This document shows positions 1-7,393 of a DNA stretch of 14,189 nucleotides, piece by piece (positions within the stretch are counted from its first letter, which is position 1; each line of letters starts with the position of its first letter). The position numbers were made by a program, and so were the translations under genes. This DNA comes from Bdellovibrionota bacterium FG-2 (GTDB taxonomy: Bacteria > Bdellovibrionota > UBA1018). The DNA lies in the NCBI GenBank assembly GCA_051382305.1, contig JBBCAV010000328.1:1-14189 (forward strand), written 5' to 3'. The notes beneath the pieces were generated by a model that worked only from the letters and a program-made list of their open reading frames with translations, was not told where the DNA came from and ran no database searches.

Positions 1-2
1 AT

Positions 3-2141
3 TTTAAAGAAGATGACCCTCAGACTCTTAACCCACCGCTGTCGGAGGCTTGTAAGACCTTCCGGGCCGTTAGTGAACTAGGGACTCTTTTTCGTAAGGT
101 CGGAAAGCCTTTTTTTCTGCGGTTTTGTGAGCTCAGCTCAGAGTCAATCACCAGTGCTAAAGACTCTTTGAAGCAACTTTTAAATTTGCAAGTCAAAGCA
201 AGCCAACATCGTACATTGATTGATCAGCTTTACTCAACACTGAATGCCCACTTTGAAATTCCACTATTTCTAGATCGTAATGCCCAAAATAACCTGACTT
301 ACCAGGCGCTGATTCACACCCTAAAAGACTTAGATGCACTTGAGAGAGTTGATTTACAATTCGAGAAAGTATCGAAAGCCATTCGGTCAACACCTTCAAA
401 GGAATTTCTAGAACACTTGCTTAAGATTGAGGTGCCATGGAGTAGCTACTGCAAAGCTATCATAATCCGTGGTTGGGTTGACGATCTCCGTGCTCAAACC
501 CCAGGGCTACGTGCATTTGAAAGTAGTGGTTTCGATAAGAAAGTTAAAAAATTTAGGAAGTTAGAGACCCTGCATCGGGAGTCGGCCCGTGAAACCGTCA
601 ATAATACCCTCTTCAGGCGGTGGAACGGAGGACATGGTGAGCACGTGGGATTAGAGCTTTTAAAGGGAGAGGCCAATAAACAGCGACGAGTACTATCTCC
701 GAGAGAAATTATGGAAGTCGGCGCGCTTACTGCCATGATGAAGCTTAAGCCCTGTTGGTTAATGAGCCCGCTTAGTATCTCCCAGATGCTTCCCCTACAG
801 CCTGGCTTATTTGACATTATTATATTCGACGAGGCATCCCAGGTCCGAGTCGAGGATGCGGTTCCTTCGATTTATCGATGCAATTCGATGGTAGTTGTGG
901 GCGATCAAAAACAAATGCCGCCCACAAATTATTTTCAGGGCACAGAGATTCCAGAGGATGACGAAGACGAGGATAATGAACCGGCTACAAGTATCTTGGA
1001 TTTGGCTTCCCGAGTCTACCCATCGGAAATGCTTTTGTGGCATTATCGGAGTCGTTCGGAAGGTCTGATTGCCTTCTCTAATCGCGCATTCTATGAAGGT
1101 AGACTGATTGCTGTTCCTAGCCCTCATTGCATCACAGAATCCGATGCACTTTGTTTTCACAGAGTCGAAGAGGCGTATTTTAATACGAAGGACGGGAACA
1201 TCCAGGAAGCCGAGGGAGTTGTGGAAACAGCTTATCGACTTCTTAAAGAGCATCCAGACAAATCTTTAGGTGTGATCGCAATGGGGATACCCCAGATGGT
1301 TGCGATCTCGCAAGTTATTGAATGCCGAGAAGCTGTGGACAATGCCTTCCGAAATACTATTGAGGCAGCGCGAAATTTCAAAGACGGCGAAGCAGAGGCC
1401 GGGTTTTTTGTGAAAAATCTTGAAAATGTTCAGGGGGATGAGCGTGATATAATCCTGATCTCTGTTGGTTACGCTCCTCCAAAAAAGGGAAAGAACCTGA
1501 GACGTAGTTTTGGGCCACTATCGAAGGAGGGCGGAGGGAGACGCCTTAATGTAGCCATTACTCGTGCCAAACAGCAGGTACATGTATTTTGTTCGTTTGA
1601 TCCCCAAGAGATTCCAACGGACGAGGCAGCCTTTTCGAAGAATTCAGATTCAGTTTTCTTCGTGCGTTATTTGAAATATGTGCAAGCTTTCTCTGAGAAG
1701 AGGACTTCGGATGCACTTTTGATTTTAGATTCTTTTGGGCCGCGGCGGAGTGGGGCTAGTGGCGGGAGAGTTCGTAAGGGGGATGGTTTCACTAAAGAGG
1801 TACAGCGTCGTCTTGAAGACCTGGGATATAAAGTTTCGGTTGATATTGGCACCTCAGGTTTCTTTATCGATCTTGCGATTCATAATCCCGACATCCCCGC
1901 GAACTTCATTCTCGGGATAGAGTGTGATGGCGCTTTGTTTCACTCGACTCCATATGCACGCGATCGGGATAAGATACGAAATGATCTGCTCGTGAGCCGG
2001 GGATGGCGTATTGAGCGAATTTGGTCGCAAGATTGGTCACGTGATTGGAAGGCGGAGATCGCGCGGCTAGACAATATTTTGAAGTTTATCGTAAAGGAAG
2101 TTCGGATCGTGCCTTCAACGGAAGATAAGATGGCTATTTAA
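3..2141 (+). CDS. Superfamily 1 (UPF1/DNA2-like, AAA_11/AAA_12) helicase with C-terminal Vsr/restriction-endonuclease-like domain; 5'-partial
   Basis: The frame is open from position 3 (FKEDDPQ...), so the TTG at 168 is not the true start. Motifs: LMSPLSISQ, FDIIIFDEASQ (Walker B), VGDQKQMPP, HYRSR, NVQGDERD, RRLNVAITRAK. C-terminal FIDLAI...GIECDG...RDKIR...RGWRIERIWSQDW. Walker A lies outside the window. Confidence 0.92.
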   Translation, partial: FKEDDPQTLNPPLSEACKTFRAVSELGTLFRKVGKPFFLRFCELSSESITSAKDSLKQLLNLQVKASQHRTLIDQLYSTLNAHFEIPLFLDRNAQNNLTYQALIHTLKDLDALERVDLQFEKVSKAIRSTPSKEFLEHLLKIEVPWSSYCKAIIIRGWVDDLRAQTPGLRAFESSGFDKKVKKFRKLETLHRESARETVNNTLFRRWNGGHGEHVGLELLKGEANKQRRVLSPREIMEVGALTAMMKLKPCWLMSPLSISQMLPLQPGLFDIIIFDEASQVRVEDAVPSIYRCNSMVVVGDQKQMPPTNYFQGTEIPEDDEDEDNEPATSILDLASRVYPSEMLLWHYRSRSEGLIAFSNRAFYEGRLIAVPSPHCITESDALCFHRVEEAYFNTKDGNIQEAEGVVETAYRLLKEHPDKSLGVIAMGIPQMVAISQVIECREAVDNAFRNTIEAARNFKDGEAEAGFFVKNLENVQGDERDIILISVGYAPPKKGKNLRRSFGPLSKEGGGRRLNVAITRAKQQVHVFCSFDPQEIPTDEAAFSKNSDSVFFVRYLKYVQAFSEKRTSDALLILDSFGPRRSGASGGRVRKGDGFTKEVQRRLEDLGYKVSVDIGTSGFFIDLAIHNPDIPANFILGIECDGALFHSTPYARDRDKIRNDLLVSRGWRIERIWSQDWSRDWKAEIARLDNILKFIVKEVRIVPSTEDKMAI

Positions 2142-2241
2142 GGTTGTGTGATCAATCGGGGCTTGCAAGGCCCACTGCCCAGTTCCCCTCTCGGAAGCAT
2201 TCTTTGCGCCAATATCTTGCTATTATTTAAACGGTTCTCCC

Positions 2242-2264
2242 TGAGTGACGTCTGAGGTCACTCA
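2242..2264. repeat. Perfect 8-bp inverted repeat TGAGTGAC-N7-GTCACTCA
   Basis: Seen directly in the convergent intergenic region. No clear U-tract on either side, so it could be a hairpin or an operator. Confidence 0.5.
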
Positions 2265-2330
2265 ACAAATATTGCAAGTGTTTTGGAAGGGTCAAGGCCA
2301 ATTGATTGCCCGATCACAAGCAGCAGAATG

Positions 2331-2339
2331 TGCTATAAT
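2331..2339 (+). promoter_or_regulatory. Extended -10 sigma70 element TGCTATAAT
   Basis: Exact TGnTATAAT match, with an ATG at 2346, 6 nt downstream. Confidence 0.4.
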
Positions 2340-2522
2340 CCTATTATGGAAATCCTAGATCACTCTAATAGAGTGGCGCGGAATCGCCTTTGATTTTGTC
2401 TGTGATTGGGTTCTTCTTCCCGTTCTCAGATTTATCAGCGATCATCCTATATTTTTCAACACAGCGGCAATTGTGTGATGATTAACATTAAAAACTGGAA
2501 GCGACAGAATTCCAACCCCCCG

Positions 2523-3968
2523 TCACCCCAAGCACTGCTTCGGAAAAATCCTAACCCCACGCTCCTGCGCTTCGTCTTGAAGTTTCGGATCAAATGTAAG
2601 TCTTCCCGAAAGCAAGATCGCATTCTGAGACAGTTTCTCAGCAACGATTAGGTCGATCCCGTTGCGGTCACCGCCGTAGTCATAATCAACTAACACCAGG
2701 GGATCAATAGCGGTGCGAAGTCCGGTTAAGAAGGCTTCTTCTGTATCAAAAACTTGAACCGAGTGGTTTGGAAACGCCGATTTCAATTTTTCTCCCATCG
2801 TCAAATCATCGTCGAGTGCAATGACGGTTTGGGCGTGAGTCCTTGTGATATCGAAAAACCACAGGGGGGTATCGACGAGGGGAAGATGAATTCGAATTGT
2901 TGTGCCATTTGTCAGCTTTTGAATATCCAAGTCACCCTTTGCCTGCGCAACCAGTGCACGGACGGTCTGAAGTCCTAGTCCTGTCCCGCCTGGCTTGGTA
3001 GTCATTTCTTCAGACGCCATGACTTTGGTTAGTACCTCTTTGGAAAATCCAAGCCCAGAATCTCGAATGACGATTTCACAGATTCTGTTTTGAACTTTTG
3101 CGGTGAGATAGACTCTTTTGGCTCCGGCCTCTGATGCGTCGATAGCGTTGGTCAGAAGGTTTGAGAATATTCTACACAAGTCCGAGAAGCTTAGGGCTGC
3201 AAAAGCCCGCAACGCAGGTTTCGGGACATCGCAAACAATCGTGACGCCACGAGCCCGTGCTTTTGCTTCTTCTTCTTCAAAGATAAATTGCAAAGCACCT
3301 CCGACAGTCGCAACCTCGGGTGAGGGAGTCTTGGTTTCTGGCTCTTTTGCTTTTGCGATAGCATCTTCTGTGTACTTTTTAAGACGGAGATCGATCATGG
3401 CGCGAAGGCGGCCGACGACCTGCCTTATCCTGTCCTTGTTTGCAGCGGGCAGAGTTTCTAAGTCCGTATTGAGCATGATAATCACGGAGGCAAGTGGGGC
3501 TTTTAGATCGTGCATGATTCTATGTACGAGGGCATAAACGGCAGATTCGGTTCTCAAGCGCTGAGTTTCTTGGACGGCGAGGTTGCGCTCCTCATATAGT
3601 TCTTGGTTCTTTTGGGTGAGAAGTGCAACGATCTCCAAAATTTCCCATGCCATTGTCCCCTGAAGAGCGGGACGCGCTCCAAGTTCAATCGAGGTGTATT
3701 TTACCATCTGCGTGTGAATGCGCCTTAGGCTTTGGCAAAGGGCAATTGAAAATACATTGGCAATTGCCCAAATTACCGCGAACGTAAGGACATATGCCCC
3801 AGCGTTTTGAACGGTCGCAACTTTTAGAAACGATAGGAGCCAAGACGTACCAATTGCAAATGCGAGGAGTGAGCAAAGGGTTATCGTGGCAGTGATAACG
3901 CGCAAACTATGAATAGGCGCCGGTGCTTGCACAAGGCGGCGCTGTTCAGGGCTTCGCGAGGACTCCAT
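2523..3968 (-). CDS. Histidine kinase portion: 2 TM, HisKA, HATPase_c, C-terminal receiver-like domain
   Basis: H-box IMHDLKAPL, N-box NLLTNAIDA, G1 DSGLGF, G2 GTGLGL. Receiver motifs VIALDDD...VDYDYGGDRNGIDL...LLSG...FPK. Confidence 0.9.
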   Translation of the reverse strand: MESSRSPEQRRLVQAPAPIHSLRVITATITLCSLLAFAIGTSWLLSFLKVATVQNAGAYVLTFAVIWAIANVFSIALCQSLRRIHTQMVKYTSIELGARPALQGTMAWEILEIVALLTQKNQELYEERNLAVQETQRLRTESAVYALVHRIMHDLKAPLASVIIMLNTDLETLPAANKDRIRQVVGRLRAMIDLRLKKYTEDAIAKAKEPETKTPSPEVATVGGALQFIFEEEEAKARARGVTIVCDVPKPALRAFAALSFSDLCRIFSNLLTNAIDASEAGAKRVYLTAKVQNRICEIVIRDSGLGFSKEVLTKVMASEEMTTKPGGTGLGLQTVRALVAQAKGDLDIQKLTNGTTIRIHLPLVDTPLWFFDITRTHAQTVIALDDDLTMGEKLKSAFPNHSVQVFDTEEAFLTGLRTAIDPLVLVDYDYGGDRNGIDLIVAEKLSQNAILLSGRLTFDPKLQDEAQERGVRIFPKQCLG

Positions 3969-4004
3969 GAGTGCGACCGCGGTGATCGCGGCGAAAGAAA
4001 ACTC

Positions 4005-4742
4005 CTAGCCATACTCAAATACCGAAAGGCCAGATATTGGGCCGCCAATGTCTTGGTATCTCAGCACGAAATCGCTTGCAGCGACCCCCGTGAAGAAAAA
4101 CCAAAGTAGAAACTCCGTGAACCCCAAAGTCCTAACGCTTGCGATGAGGATGCCGCCAACCATAACGGCTTGCCCAAGCGCATAGAGGATCGCGGTTGTG
4201 TAAATGAGGATCGGCCTTCTTTGTGGATCTTTGAAAAACGGTAATAGAATGAGCTCATAGGAGCAAACAAAGTAAAGCCCCGCGATGAGTGCAATCGCCA
4301 AAACGACCCACTTGCGAGATTTTGCTTCAAGTTGATCGGTCGCTCTCAAGACAACTGCGTAGCCCGATAAGAGGGCAAACGCCGCATAAGGCAGTTCATG
4401 AAATAACGGAACCAGGCCCCTTGGGGGTGGAAGCCGTAAGATGTAGGCAGTTATCCCATAGGCAAGATCGGCGACTCCCACAAAGAGGAGAGACCACTGT
4501 AGGCTTTGCGTCCAGCGGGACTTGGTGTCTTGCCCTGGAATATGCCCGGAAAAAGCCGCGCGTAACAAATAGAAGGAGAGCATTGAGGTAATGAACTCGT
4601 GAATGGCCGAAGCCATACCTGTGACAGTCACCGACAGTCCGTAACGTGTCGCGGCCCAATTATAGAAAAAGGGAATGAGGCAATTTAGGATTGCCAGAGA
4701 GATAAAGGCAGGAAGTTTTAGAAAAGTTTTTGAGGTAATCAT
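4005..4742 (-). CDS. Multi-pass membrane sensor domain (N-terminal part of the split kinase)
   Basis: About 7 hydrophobic segments, plus an eighth that spans the TAG. In frame with the kinase. Confidence 0.75.
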   Translation of the reverse strand: MITSKTFLKLPAFISLAILNCLIPFFYNWAATRYGLSVTVTGMASAIHEFITSMLSFYLLRAAFSGHIPGQDTKSRWTQSLQWSLLFVGVADLAYGITAYILRLPPPRGLVPLFHELPYAAFALLSGYAVVLRATDQLEAKSRKWVVLAIALIAGLYFVCSYELILLPFFKDPQRRPILIYTTAILYALGQAVMVGGILIASVRTLGFTEFLLWFFFTGVAASDFVLRYQDIGGPISGLSVFEYG

Positions 4743-5335
4743 TTTCGTTTCCGAATTCTGAGCCATCCGCGCGGCATTTTAAATGCGGGATTGATAAAAG
4801 CCATACTCTCGAAGGCCCGTTCAATCGAAATCCAATAGGGGGCGGGGACTTCAAAGTCGACATCGCAAATAAGGATTTCTCCGGCTTCCGAATCATACCC
4901 TGAGATCGGTGAGAAATGGGGGGAGCCTTGTCCCTGCAATGGCTGAGAGAGGGCATGATCCTGAGTGAAGTTCATGACAAGTCCAAGGTCCTCGCGAGAG
5001 GCGGCCTCTTCGAGGTCTGACTTAAAGAGCGCAATATTCTCAGGAAACGCTCGGCGAAGTTGAACTTCAAGTTCATGGGAGTAGACCATTTCGGTAGTGA
5101 AATGGGCTTCATGTAATGCCATCCCGCGTTTGGTAGTAAATTGTTCGACGGGAACCCAGCGTGAGAGTTCGGGTGCAAGCCAAGCGCTTTCAGGTTTCTT
5201 TTCGCAGCCTAGCGCTTGTGCAACAAGTGAGATTGAGGCGGGGCCGCAGGTGCAGGGGTGCTCTTGCCTGTGGCCCGAATGGTAGAGCTCAAGAATGCGA
5301 TTGAATGTGGTGTGCTTGGGAGAGGGGAGTTTCAT
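4739..5335 (-). CDS. Phytochelatin synthase-like papain-fold cysteine peptidase
   Basis: QEHPCTCGPAS (oxyanion Gln, catalytic Cys), PHFSPISGYD (His), ILICDVD (Asp), then PYW...M...RGW as in the PCS family. Start placed at ATG 5335 (SD GAGGAG, ATGA overlap with the upstream stop) rather than GTG 5341. Confidence 0.85.
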   Translation of the reverse strand: MKLPSPKHTTFNRILELYHSGHRQEHPCTCGPASISLVAQALGCEKKPESAWLAPELSRWVPVEQFTTKRGMALHEAHFTTEMVYSHELEVQLRRAFPENIALFKSDLEEAASREDLGLVMNFTQDHALSQPLQGQGSPHFSPISGYDSEAGEILICDVDFEVPAPYWISIERAFESMAFINPAFKMPRGWLRIRKRK

Positions 5336-6825
5336 AAACACTCCTCGGACTCGAAAGCGGATTCAGGCTGAGTCGCCGTTTGAGTAGTTAGTCCAGGCGA
5401 GGTGTTGCCATAGGTTTGTGATTTTTTGTGTAGTCCAAGCTCCATCATTTTTCGGAACAAGGTGGTGCGACCGATTCCTAGGCTTGTCGCAGTCAATCCT
5501 AGGTTGTTATCAAAAAGATTTAGGACAGCGAGCAGATAGTTGCGTTCGCAGTTTACCAAAAACTTTTTGAAAGCGGCTGGATTAACTTCATCAATTGCGG
5601 CGGGGATTCCTAAGGCTCCTTTGCCGGAGGCCAGGACATTATTGCCCCTGGTTTCGACATCGCGTCGCTCAATGAGGGTGGAACTACGGCGCCCAGTTAA
5701 AATCGTCGCTCTTTCAAGTGTGTTTCTTAGGTCGCGTACATTGCCAGGCCACGGCTGTTTGGTAATGAAACTAAGCGCGCTGTCAGTTAATGAATAATTG
5801 CCCTTGTCCATGCTGGCCAGGAGGAATTGCACAAGATCTGGGATGTCTTCGATGTGTTTTCGAAGAGGGACCGTATCGATTTCGTAGACGTTTAAGCGGT
5901 AATATAGGTCATCGCGAAATTTGCCCTGAGAGACGAGCGTCGTAAGGGATTTGTTTGCTGCCGCAATTATTCGCACATTTACCTGAATCGTTTTAGTGCT
6001 GCCAAGTGGCGTGACTTCTCCGCATTGAAGAACGCGAAGGAGTTTGCTTTGCGCGTTCAACGGGAGGTCACTAATTTCATCCAAAAATAAGTCCCCTCCA
6101 TCAGCGAGGACAAATTTTCCAACCTGATCTTGAGTGGCCCCTGAAAATGCGCCACGGACATGTCCGAAGAGTTCACTTTCAACTAGATTCTCGGGAAGGG
6201 CAGCACAGTTAAGGCCATGGAAGGGGCGCGAAGGATCATCTTCAACAGCGTGCAAGCGACGCGCGATGAGCTCTTTGCCTGTTCCAGTTTCGCCAGAAAT
6301 CAGTACAGGTGTCAGCGATCCTTTGAGGCTTTGCACAGTGGCACGAAGTTCCGCCATGGCGGGGGAGCGACCTATAATCTCATATTGAAAGGCTTGTTTA
6401 AATCGCGCGATGAGTTGCTCTGACTTGCGCTCAATTGAAGCGCGACTCAATGCCATTGGAATACGCACAAGGAGATCGGGCACGATGTTTTCACCCTTGT
6501 GGAGATAATCACTTGCGCCAGCGGCGAGACATTTGTGGACGAGAGTCAAGTTGCTGTCGGCGGTCAAGATGATCACGACAGTTTGGGGTGTCGCAGCTTT
6601 GATTTCTGGAATCAGATCTAAGCCGTTTCCATCGGGGAGATTTTTGTCGAGCAGAACAATGTCGAATGTCGTTCGCGAAAGCAGGGTGCGAGCCTGCGCG
6701 ATTGTCGCAGCCTGTGCGATGTCATTGTAGACTCCCAAAAGGGTGACGACCTGTTCACGAAAACATCCGTCATCCTCCAAGAGTAGAATTCTGAGGTCTT
6801 GTTTGATTTGATTTCGGCCCTTCAT
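5332..6825 (-). CDS. Sigma54-dependent NtrC/AtoC-family response regulator (REC-AAA+-Fis HTH)
   Basis: LLEDD and LLDKNLPDGNG receiver; GETGTGKE; ESELFGHVRGAFSGA; FLDEI; RDDLYYRL; WPGNVR; C-terminal HTH TATSLGIGRTTLFRKM. SD AAGGAG upstream. Confidence 0.96.
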   Translation of the reverse strand: MKGRNQIKQDLRILLLEDDGCFREQVVTLLGVYNDIAQAATIAQARTLLSRTTFDIVLLDKNLPDGNGLDLIPEIKAATPQTVVIILTADSNLTLVHKCLAAGASDYLHKGENIVPDLLVRIPMALSRASIERKSEQLIARFKQAFQYEIIGRSPAMAELRATVQSLKGSLTPVLISGETGTGKELIARRLHAVEDDPSRPFHGLNCAALPENLVESELFGHVRGAFSGATQDQVGKFVLADGGDLFLDEISDLPLNAQSKLLRVLQCGEVTPLGSTKTIQVNVRIIAAANKSLTTLVSQGKFRDDLYYRLNVYEIDTVPLRKHIEDIPDLVQFLLASMDKGNYSLTDSALSFITKQPWPGNVRDLRNTLERATILTGRRSSTLIERRDVETRGNNVLASGKGALGIPAAIDEVNPAAFKKFLVNCERNYLLAVLNLFDNNLGLTATSLGIGRTTLFRKMMELGLHKKSQTYGNTSPGLTTQTATQPESAFESEECL

Positions 6826-6867
6826 CTGTAAGCTCCTTCACTTCTGCTCGTATTGCCAGAGCACAAG

Positions 6868-6883
6868 AGCAAGTGATGGGCCA
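6868..6883 (-). promoter_or_regulatory. Sigma54 -24/-12 promoter of the NtrC-like operon
   Basis: Minus strand reads TGGCCCATCACTTGCT (GG-N10-GC, one mismatch to TGGCAC-N5-TTGCW), about 40 nt upstream of the ATG. Confidence 0.75.
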
Positions 6884-6996
6884 GTTGCGGCATTCTTGGC
6901 CGCGGGTGGGGGAGGTTGTCGTAGTGGGCTAATTTAAAAGGGGAATTCTAATTCCGCTGAAGGGCGGTCTTTTTTCTGGAGCTGGAGGGTCGAAGG

Positions 6997-7044
6997 AATT
7001 GATGGGAATAGCCTACAACAGGTTGTGGGTATTTCCCATCAGTT
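6997..7044. repeat. Long imperfect inverted repeat just downstream of the small peptide gene
   Basis: Arms AATTGATGGGAATAGCCTACAAC (6997-7019) and GTTGTGGGTATTTCCCATCAGTT (7022-7044); 18 of 23 positions are complementary. Confidence 0.7.
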
Positions 7045-7058
7045 GGCATTGGTTTCGC

Positions 7059-7307
7059 CTAGCTTCCCCACTTTTCAGTTACGGGTTGAGTCTTGTAAAA
7101 AATCTCTTCCAGAGTCATATGTTTGAGATCAAGCTCTTGGATCTGAATTTTTTCAAATGAGTTTCTTAGGTCATTTCCCTCAGAATCCAGGCTTTTGTCT
7201 AATTCGATTTTCCTAGTTTTTGCAGCCGATAAGTCGTCGGCGCGTGCTATTGCCCCGGAACTTAATGAAAAAGCTGCCGCCAATAAAACCAAAATTCTTT
7301 TCTTCAC
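7059..7307 (-). CDS. Small secreted peptide (82 aa, Sec signal); candidate signal/RiPP precursor
   Basis: GTG at 7307 with SD GGAGGG (7314-7319) 6 nt upstream. MKKRILVLLAAAFSLSSGAIARA is a typical signal peptide with an A-x-A site. The mature part ends LEEIFYKTQPVTEKWGS. The function is inference. Confidence 0.8.
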   Translation of the reverse strand: MKKRILVLLAAAFSLSSGAIARADDLSAAKTRKIELDKSLDSEGNDLRNSFEKIQIQELDLKHMTLEEIFYKTQPVTEKWGS

Positions 7308-7357
7308 AAAACACCCTCCATTTTTTGATACCCAAAGATAACGCAACGCGTATATCA

Positions 7358-7387
7358 TTGCTTTGGCACTGACACAAGCTCTATAAT
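7358..7387 (+). promoter_or_regulatory. Putative sigma70 promoter of the SBP-YcaO-kinase operon
   Basis: TTGCTT-N18-TATAAT, with the GTG start 6 nt after the -10 box. Confidence 0.5.
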
Positions 7388-7393
7388 TGGCAA

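Larger units (their letters stand above)
2523..4742 (-). pseudogene. Polytopic (~10 TM) hybrid sensor histidine kinase interrupted by one in-frame TAG at 4005-4007
   Basis: ORFs 4005..4766 and 2523..3968 share a frame. The junction reads SVFEYG*EFSFAAITAVALMESSR, with no other stop. ATG 4742 overlaps the upstream TGA (ATGA); ATG 4766 is an alternative start. Confidence 0.75.

Noticed and set aside
2406-2651. 81-aa plus-strand ORF
   Set aside because: TTG start with no SD, half antisense to the kinase, and no recognisable motifs.
4005-4007. Genome-wide TAG reassignment or pyrrolysine as the cause of the in-frame amber
   Set aside because: All other long genes read through without internal TAGs, TAG appears to end the 7059-7307 gene, and no pyl genes are in the window.
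6954-6975. Plus-strand terminator-like CCGCT-GAAG-GGCGG-TCTTTTTT
   Set aside because: The stem is only 5 bp with a G-U pair, and no plus-strand gene lies upstream to terminate.
7308-7358. N-terminal extension of the peptide ORF (99-aa version)
   Set aside because: It overlaps the SD and promoter region; GTG 7307 gives a canonical signal peptide.
7364-7379. TGGCAC as a sigma54 promoter for the SBP operon
   Set aside because: The following GC is at N11 rather than N10, and there is no TTGC. A sigma70 reading fits better.
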